From positions 147,282 through 211,281 of the forward strand of contig CAZOZM010000001.1 of assembly GCA_964584255.1 (NCBI GenBank): 64,000 bases of DNA, in the 5' to 3' direction. This document shows positions 57,840 through 64,000 of the stretch, piece by piece. The notes below the pieces were generated by a model that saw nothing but the letters and a program-made list of their open reading frames with translations, made no database searches and had not been told where the DNA came from. Source of the DNA: an uncultured Lachnoclostridium sp. (GTDB taxonomy: Bacteria; Bacillota; Clostridia; Lachnospirales; Lachnospiraceae). Positions within the stretch are counted from its first letter, which is position 1. Each line of letters begins with the position of its first letter. The position numbers and the translations under genes are program-made.

Positions 57840-59957
57840 TTAGTACTTAACACAAACATCACCTTCATGAAGTCCGTTTATAATCCACGTATATTCACTT
57901 GAAATATCAGAGGTATTGGCAGCCTCAACATATTTCTTTACAACAGAATCACCATATTCCGTATAAACAAAGAATTTAAATCCGGTATCTGAAGATTCAT
58001 ACTGAAGATATGCAGACGAAATCAGCAATACATTGTCAATCTCCATGTTTTTGTATTTAACAGAAACTGAATTCTTGTTTATATTCAGCACCTGCATTGG
58101 ATCATCAAGGCAAATGCCTGCTTTTGTATAGCTTTTGATAAACGAACTTGACTCCGTAACACTTCCTTTTATCTCATTTGTAAGAGACATAACAGTAACT
58201 TCCGTATTAAACATCAAGGCTCCGTTAAATGCATGCTTAACCGACTGCTGTTCCGTATCATTTACAGTTAAATTAAACTCATTTATGTCATAAACAGAAC
58301 CTGCCGACTCTCCGGCTTTAACTTCTACACCCTTAACAAAAACCATTGATGATTCCGAAGCGCGATACAGTCCTGATTCAGGTGCCGTTACCGTAATGGT
58401 TTCGCCATTTTTTATTTTAAGATAGACCTCATATTTCTTCGATGCCTCTTCCAGTGAGGAATTTAAACCGTCTACATAAGAATCTCTGTTGTACTTTAAT
58501 TCTTCAAGCTCATATTCCAGAAGAACTTTATCTCTTTGATTTGCAGCATTTTTTATCTGTTCTTCTTTGTCGGAAATCTGACCGTCATATGATTCAATTG
58601 AAGTTTTAACACTGTCACTTAATTCAGCATACTCTGAAAGAACACGTTCAATTTCAGAATCCTTTACTGTCGGATTTATTGTGAAAAGTTCCTGTCCTTT
58701 TTCAACTTCAAAATCACTGCTTCCTGTAACATAAACCTCTCCGATTTTACCGGAAACAGGGCACTCAACCGGATATGATAAGGAATCCATTTCCAAACCG
58801 GAAATTACGTCATAACTTTCATATGAACCGTATTTTACCTCACAGCTTTCCGGTTCGGAGGTCCATGATGCACAATCGTCCATGTAATAAACTTCGTCTC
58901 CGACAGATAAACCCGAGACAATTTCCGTATAATAATCAGTAGTTATACCTGTTGTTACAGGGACCCTTTCTTCATTACCATTTTTATTTAAACGGATACA
59001 ATAGTAAGAATTTGCAGTGTCTCCCGGGTAAACAGACTCATTTGGAACATATATGCAATCCTTGGCCTCTGAAGATTTACCTGAAACAAAAGCATATGTA
59101 CCTGCATCAACCGAAGAATCCAAATCATCGATTACGAAACGGGTATTATACTTTTTTCCTAAGAGTTCATACTCATTCATTTCAGCAATTGTATATTCCA
59201 CAAGTTGTACATCAGAGTACTTCTTCTCACCGATTTGAATCTCTATGTCGGTTAATTCCTTAATCTCATTATAATAGGAATAGTCTAATTCAACATATTT
59301 AACCGATGTATCTGCAATTGTAAGAACCGAATCTCCTGATTCCACTCCGGTCTTACCGCCTCCAACCGAAAGAGATACAATAATACCGTCACAAGGAGCA
59401 ATAATATCTGAGCCGCCGGCACCTTCTAAAAGAGTTTCGTACTGACTTTTCAATTCATTATACTCAGCTTCCCTGTTTTTTTTCTCCATCTCGAAGTCAA
59501 GCGCCATTTTTTCTATATCCAATTTGTACAGTTCATATTCCATTCCGCTCATGGATGCAAGCGCATTATTCATGGAAGTAATTATTTCATTATTCTGCTG
59601 CTCATAGTAGTCACATATGGTTTCATATGTCTCATATTTATATTTGAGATGTTCCAATGCCTTCTCATAATCGGCATCCACGGAGAAAATAACATCGCCT
59701 TCTTTTACGGTATCTCCTGCCTTATAACCGATGTCATAAGCCTCACCGGATAATGATGCTTCCACACTGATAAACTCAGGTGTAACACATGCACTATATG
59801 TTTTTACTGATGATATGTTTCCCTTTTCTACAGTATAATAAACCTTTAAAGCCGTGTTTGACTTGATAAGTTCAGGTACATTGTTTCCACATGCAGTAAG
59901 TCCTGTTGACAAAGAAATACATATGCAGATTGCTGAAATTTTCTTTAATATGTTCAT
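57840..59957 (-). CDS. Lipoprotein with two tandem HlyD/MacA-like periplasmic adaptor modules
   Basis: Lipobox LTAC. Module 1: GDTVKEGDVIFSVD, coiled coil, IIAPCDGIIVSL, then GLSVGDEVY. Module 2: VSGKIGEVYV..VEKGQELFTINP, coiled coil, VTAPESGLY, then GLHEGDVCV. Confidence 0.7.
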   Translation of the reverse strand: MNILKKISAICICISLSTGLTACGNNVPELIKSNTALKVYYTVEKGNISSVKTYSACVTPEFISVEASLSGEAYDIGYKAGDTVKEGDVIFSVDADYEKALEHLKYKYETYETICDYYEQQNNEIITSMNNALASMSGMEYELYKLDIEKMALDFEMEKKNREAEYNELKSQYETLLEGAGGSDIIAPCDGIIVSLSVGGGKTGVESGDSVLTIADTSVKYVELDYSYYNEIKELTDIEIQIGEKKYSDVQLVEYTIAEMNEYELLGKKYNTRFVIDDLDSSVDAGTYAFVSGKSSEAKDCIYVPNESVYPGDTANSYYCIRLNKNGNEERVPVTTGITTDYYTEIVSGLSVGDEVYYMDDCASWTSEPESCEVKYGSYESYDVISGLEMDSLSYPVECPVSGKIGEVYVTGSSDFEVEKGQELFTINPTVKDSEIERVLSEYAELSDSVKTSIESYDGQISDKEEQIKNAANQRDKVLLEYELEELKYNRDSYVDGLNSSLEEASKKYEVYLKIKNGETITVTAPESGLYRASESSMVFVKGVEVKAGESAGSVYDINEFNLTVNDTEQQSVKHAFNGALMFNTEVTVMSLTNEIKGSVTESSSFIKSYTKAGICLDDPMQVLNINKNSVSVKYKNMEIDNVLLISSAYLQYESSDTGFKFFVYTEYGDSVVKKYVEAANTSDISSEYTWIINGLHEGDVCVKY

Positions 59958-59970
59958 CTTCATCCTCCTG

Positions 59971-61158
59971 CTATTCCTTTTCTTTGTTTGAAACGCCCTT
60001 TATAACCTTATTGGTTATGACTGTATCTCCAACTTCCAGGCCGCTTTTTATTTCTACTGTTTCGTCTGACATTACACCAATCTCAACTTCCTGTATACGT
60101 CTGGACCCATCATCGTTTTCCATATATACAGCATATTTGTCTATTCCTGCACCGATAAGAACATCCTTTGGAATACACACTACCTGTTCTGCTGACTCAA
60201 TGACAAAAACAAAAACCCCTTTAATGGATGTATCTCTGCCTGTCGGCAATTCGGATAAATCACCCGTAGGCATAAATTTAATTCTATATGTGGTTGATTC
60301 TTCACTGATTTTTTCTTTTGAAGTGCATACAAAATCCATACTTACTTTTTCAAGGGTGTAATTATCCTTATTGTCCCAAAAATTATTTGCATTTTCCTCA
60401 TATACCCTATATTCCAAATCAGCAGTATATGTCTCACCCTCAGTAAAAAAATCAGGATTCTTTGTTACTGATGAAATATCCGGAATATCATCATCAATTG
60501 AAATCAGAAGCTCGTCAGACGTATGTATCCATCCCTCTCCGTCATCAGCAATATATGATACATTTCCATCCATTGTTGCAACAATGTTCCATTTAGAAAT
60601 TTCATCAGATGCCTCATTAAACTGCATCTGTAAAATCACCTGGTCATCATACAGTTCCGAAATTTTAGCCAATATATCATCCAAAACCGACTCATCATAA
60701 CTCTGATTGTATGTTTCATAGATATCTTTTCGTCTTGTTTCAATATTTAAAAGAGAATTATAGTAATCAATCGATTCATTGCAAAGTTTAAGTGAATTTT
60801 CAGCTTCCAGATACTCGTTATATAAAGCATCCGCATCCGTCGGTCTGCATACCATCAGAACCTGTCCTGCTTTAACCTCATCACCGACTGCCACATTGAT
60901 TTCTGAAATCGTATATGTAGGTGATGGAGAATAGAGTGAAACTGAAAATGCCTTTTTTACTGAAACGGAAACCTCCTCTGTTTTATATACGTCTCCGAGT
61001 TCCGCCTCAACAAACGAAAAGCTGTCATCTTCTATTGTCTTTGCTATAGGTGCAACTTTGTTCTGTTCCTTTTCAACCGAAAAAGAACAGCCCGAAGTTG
61101 AAATCAAAGCCGCCCCCAAAGCAGCTGACAGCATTATTCTTTTTAAATCCCAATGCAT
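59971..61158 (-). CDS. HlyD/MacA-like adaptor lipoprotein (single module)
   Basis: GGAGG RBS before Met5; lipobox STSGC; VAVGDEVKAGQVLMVC, coiled coil, IVATMDGNVSYI; C-terminal GLEVGDTVI. Confidence 0.7.
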   Translation of the reverse strand: MHWDLKRIMLSAALGAALISTSGCSFSVEKEQNKVAPIAKTIEDDSFSFVEAELGDVYKTEEVSVSVKKAFSVSLYSPSPTYTISEINVAVGDEVKAGQVLMVCRPTDADALYNEYLEAENSLKLCNESIDYYNSLLNIETRRKDIYETYNQSYDESVLDDILAKISELYDDQVILQMQFNEASDEISKWNIVATMDGNVSYIADDGEGWIHTSDELLISIDDDIPDISSVTKNPDFFTEGETYTADLEYRVYEENANNFWDNKDNYTLEKVSMDFVCTSKEKISEESTTYRIKFMPTGDLSELPTGRDTSIKGVFVFVIESAEQVVCIPKDVLIGAGIDKYAVYMENDDGSRRIQEVEIGVMSDETVEIKSGLEVGDTVITNKVIKGVSNKEKE

Positions 61159-61176
61159 TATATCCTCCAATTTTGG

Positions 61177-62847
61177 TCAGAATAAACCAACAATTTTTCC
61201 TTCTTCATTAACATCTATCATTTCAGCAGCCGGTACTTTAGGAAGACCCGGCATGGTCATAACATTACCTGTTAAAACAACAACAAAGCCCGCTCCTGCA
61301 TTTACATATATATCACTGATTGTCATTGTAAAATTCTCAGGACGACCAAGTTTTGTTGCATCATCAGATAAAGAATACTGATTTTTTGCAATACAGACAG
61401 GAAGCTTAGAAAAACCTATTTCTTCAATATGGTTAAGTTTCTTCATTACTCCGTTTGCAAAGTAAACATCTGCAGCTCCATAGATTTCTTTGCAGATTGT
61501 TTCAATTTTTTCCTTAATCGAAAGTTCATCGTCGTACAGATATCTGAACTCTGATTTTTCATTTTCAAGAACTTCACATACTTTTTCGGCAAGTTCCATT
61601 CCGCCTTCTCCGCCTTTTTCCCATACTTCTGAGAGTGCAAAACGACATCCGCGCTCAGTACAGAATCCTTTTACAAATGCAAGTTCAGCTTCCGTATCCG
61701 ACGAAAATCTGTTTAATGTTACGATAACCGGAACACCATATTTTTTGAGATTCTCAATGTGTTTTTCAAGATTTACTATTCCTTTTTCAAGGGCTTCAAG
61801 ATTCTCAGCACCAAGTTCATTTTTAGGAATTCCGCCATTATATTTAAGTGCTCTTACCGTTGCAACCAAAACAACTGCATCCGGTTTCAAATTACCAAGT
61901 CGGCATTTAATATCAAAAAATTTCTCAGCACCAAGGTCTGCACCAAAACCAGCTTCAGTGATTGTTATGTCGGCAAGTTTTAATGATGCCTTTGTAGCTA
62001 TGATTGAATTACATCCATGTGCAATATTGGCAAACGGACCTCCATGAACAATGGCCGGAGTATTTTCAACCGTCTGAATGAGATTAGGCAAGATTGCATC
62101 CTTAAGCAAAGCTGCCATTGCACCTACCGCCTTGAGATCCTCAGCAGTTACCGGTTTACCGTCATATGTATATGCTACTATTATTTTTGCAAGCTTTTTC
62201 TTAAGATCATTGAGGTCATTTGCAAGACAGAGAACCGCCATAATCTCAGATGCCACACTGATAATAAAGTGGTCCTCCCTTACCTGTCCGTTTGCCTTAG
62301 GTCCTAAGCCGATAACAATATTTCTGAGTGCTCTGTCATTCATATCAACACATCTCTTCCATGTTATCTGTTTTGGATCGATATTTAAGGCATTTCCCTG
62401 ATGAATATGGTTATCAAGCATTGCTGCAAGAAGGTTGTTTGCAGATGTTATGGCATGAAAATCACCGGTAAAATGAAGATTTAATTCGTCCATTGGAACA
62501 ACCTGAGCATAACCGCCTCCTGCAGCGCCGCCCTTAATTCCGAAACATGGTCCGAGTGATGGTTCTCTCAAGGCTATACATGACTTAATTCCCTTTTTAT
62601 GTAACGCCTGTCCTAAACCAACTGTTGTTGTTGTCTTTCCTTCACCGGCAGGTGTTGGATTTATGGCAGTAACAAGAACGAGTTTGCCGTCTTCTCTTTC
62701 CTTAAGTGAATCTAAATATTCGGCAGAAATCTTAGCCTTATATTTGCCATACATTTCTATATCATCCTCAGTCATACCAAGCTTTGATGCCACAACCTTT
62801 ATAGGCTGCATTTTTGCTTCCTGAGCTATTTCAATATCTGTCTTCAT
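61177..62847 (-). CDS. fhs: Formate-tetrahydrofolate ligase
   Basis: 556 aa; [16 protein letters not shown]-loop; highly typical sequence throughout. Confidence 0.97.
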   Translation of the reverse strand: MKTDIEIAQEAKMQPIKVVASKLGMTEDDIEMYGKYKAKISAEYLDSLKEREDGKLVLVTAINPTPAGEGKTTTTVGLGQALHKKGIKSCIALREPSLGPCFGIKGGAAGGGYAQVVPMDELNLHFTGDFHAITSANNLLAAMLDNHIHQGNALNIDPKQITWKRCVDMNDRALRNIVIGLGPKANGQVREDHFIISVASEIMAVLCLANDLNDLKKKLAKIIVAYTYDGKPVTAEDLKAVGAMAALLKDAILPNLIQTVENTPAIVHGGPFANIAHGCNSIIATKASLKLADITITEAGFGADLGAEKFFDIKCRLGNLKPDAVVLVATVRALKYNGGIPKNELGAENLEALEKGIVNLEKHIENLKKYGVPVIVTLNRFSSDTEAELAFVKGFCTERGCRFALSEVWEKGGEGGMELAEKVCEVLENEKSEFRYLYDDELSIKEKIETICKEIYGAADVYFANGVMKKLNHIEEIGFSKLPVCIAKNQYSLSDDATKLGRPENFTMTISDIYVNAGAGFVVVLTGNVMTMPGLPKVPAAEMIDVNEEGKIVGLF

Positions 62848-63136
62848 AAAATCCTCCGATGTGTTTTTTCTGTACCAGTACAGTAATGAGTATTACGTGA
62901 AAATGCAAGGCATGTTTCACACTCTAGTATTATAGCACATGTCATATAAATAAAAAACAAAAACTTCCTTTATTTATGGGCTTTCTATGCTTATTTTGTA
63001 ATTTTTGTATCAGACCGGTAATCATATAAATTTCATTTATTGAGATGATCTTTTGTGAATTTTTTAACTTATTATTCCCTTATTTTGTTTTTTCAAGTAT
63101 AATCCATTTGCTATCATAATTTAGGAGGATCTATTA

Positions 63137-63778
63137 ATGAAATACAAAGCTCTGATATTTGACCTGGATGGCACTCTTTTATATACATTGGAAGACCTGA
63201 TGAACAGCACAAACTACGCACTTTCCAAGTTTTCCTATCCGCAAAGAACCATTGAAGAAATACAGTATTTCATCGGAAACGGTGTGGCTGTTCTTATGAA
63301 AAGAAGTGCTCCTAAAGGCTGTTCGGAAGAAAGGCTCAGTGAGCTTCTTGCTATTTTTAAAGAGCACTACATGAAACATATGTATGACACCACAAAAGCA
63401 TATGATGGAATTATAGATATGCTGAAAGTACTTAAGAAAACCGGATACAAGACTGCAATTGTCTCCAATAAACTTGATGCAGCCGTAAAAGAACTTGATA
63501 AACTTTACTTCGACGGTCTGTTTGATGATGCAGTCGGTGCTCCTCCTCATGCAAAAAAACCGGATCCTTACAGTGTTTACGAATGTATGAGGAAACTGAA
63601 CGTAGCACCTGAGGAATGCATATATATCGGAGACACCGATGTTGACCTTGAAACAGCTCATAATGCCGGGCTTAAATGTATCGGTGTTTCCTGGGGATTC
63701 AGAGGACATGAATTTCTTCAAAACATAAATTGTGATTATATAATTGATAATCCGGCTGATATTTTCAAATTAGTATAA
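63137..63778 (+). CDS. HAD-superfamily hydrolase (phosphoglycolate phosphatase/PpaX-like)
   Basis: Motif I FDLDGTL, motif II VSNK, motif IV GDTDVD. Confidence 0.85.
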   Translation: MKYKALIFDLDGTLLYTLEDLMNSTNYALSKFSYPQRTIEEIQYFIGNGVAVLMKRSAPKGCSEERLSELLAIFKEHYMKHMYDTTKAYDGIIDMLKVLKKTGYKTAIVSNKLDAAVKELDKLYFDGLFDDAVGAPPHAKKPDPYSVYECMRKLNVAPEECIYIGDTDVDLETAHNAGLKCIGVSWGFRGHEFLQNINCDYIIDNPADIFKLV

Positions 63779-63807
63779 AAAAGGAGTGAGATAATCTCAC
63801 TCCTTTT
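63779..63807. terminator. Bidirectional hairpin terminator
   Basis: AAAAGGAGTGAG ATAAT CTCACTCCTTTT. Confidence 0.7.
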
Positions 63808-63894
63808 AAAATCACTCCAATTATGCATCGTTGTTTCAGGGAACCGAATCCGATTCCGTCTTATTCTGATAATATGCATAAGAAATATCACATA

Positions 63895-64000
63895 TCAGAC
63901 ATAACTTCTGATGAGCATCATATCACCTTCAAGTGTATATTCACCATATCCGGCAGGAATAATAAAATGATCACCCTTTTTAATGTCGATTCCGTTAATC
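63895..64000 (-). CDS. 3' end of a cupin-type gene (possibly a class I mannose-6-phosphate isomerase); the rest lies outside the window
   Basis: The minus frame reads ...INGIDIKKGDHFIIPAGYGEYTLEGDMMLIRSYV*. Only 34 codons are visible, so the product call is weak. Confidence 0.35.
   Translation of the reverse strand, partial: INGIDIKKGDHFIIPAGYGEYTLEGDMMLIRSYV

Noticed and set aside
62848-63000. ZTP (pfl) or THF riboswitch upstream of fhs.
   Set aside because: The leader downstream of the candidate -10 is only about 90 nt and lacks the conserved GGGUCGUGA...CCGCCUGGGC-type elements. It has only a small CTGTAC/GTACAG hairpin.
63179-63721. 180-aa ORF antisense to the HAD hydrolase gene. Similar long antisense ORFs lie at 61490-62047 (+), 59906-60361 (+), 8330-8749 (+) and 4508-4891 (-).
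   Set aside because: Each lies wholly inside a confidently assigned gene on the other strand, has no RBS, and has Cys/Phe/Ser-rich low-complexity composition with no recognisable motif. These are shadow ORFs.
1-64000. CRISPR arrays, tandem repeats, IS elements, toxin-antitoxin pairs or defence islands.
   Set aside because: Reading both strands, I found no regularly spaced direct repeats, no transposase or Cas-like ORFs, and no small paired ORFs of TA type. Intergenic space is short and explained by promoters and terminators, apart from the regions reported as findings.

Overview
AT-rich Firmicutes/Clostridia-type chromosomal segment, judged from PolC, CodY, Cheo-type LexA boxes and the sporulation genes yqfC/yqfD plus a SpoVB-like flippase. 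I call about 50 CDS, one tRNA-Glu and one short ribosomal protein gene (rpsU) that falls below the ORF-track cutoff. Nearly everything is core housekeeping: nadD-yqeK, rsfS, lexA, miaB, ybeY/phoH, alaS, polC, ispG-rseP-dxr-cdsA-uppS-frr-pyrH, tsf-rpsB, codY, topA, dprA, comM, nrdR, pyrBI and fhs. I saw no CRISPR array, transposase, prophage block or recognisable defence genes, so I cannot point to a clear-cut new system. The observations most worth follow-up are these. (1) A 356-aa XerS-like tyrosine recombinase has a perfect 11-6-11 (28 bp) palindrome abutting its promoter, exactly where gene orientation flips from + to -, which suggests a dif/terminus module. (2) PolC lacks the DEDD 3'-5' exonuclease insertion entirely. 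(3) A transglutaminase-MoxR-DUF58-transglutaminase module has duplicated membrane transglutaminases, both carrying Glu where the family normally has the catalytic Asp. (4) A five-gene MacAB-like ABC operon has every normally homo-oligomeric part made non-identical: two NBDs, a fused double-FtsX permease, and three adaptor modules in two lipoproteins. (5) A LexA-boxed Y-family polymerase/YolD cassette is inserted between tsf and pyrH. Many ORF-track starts were trimmed to the ATG preceded by a GGAGG-type RBS. All family assignments come from motif recognition by eye, not from database searches.
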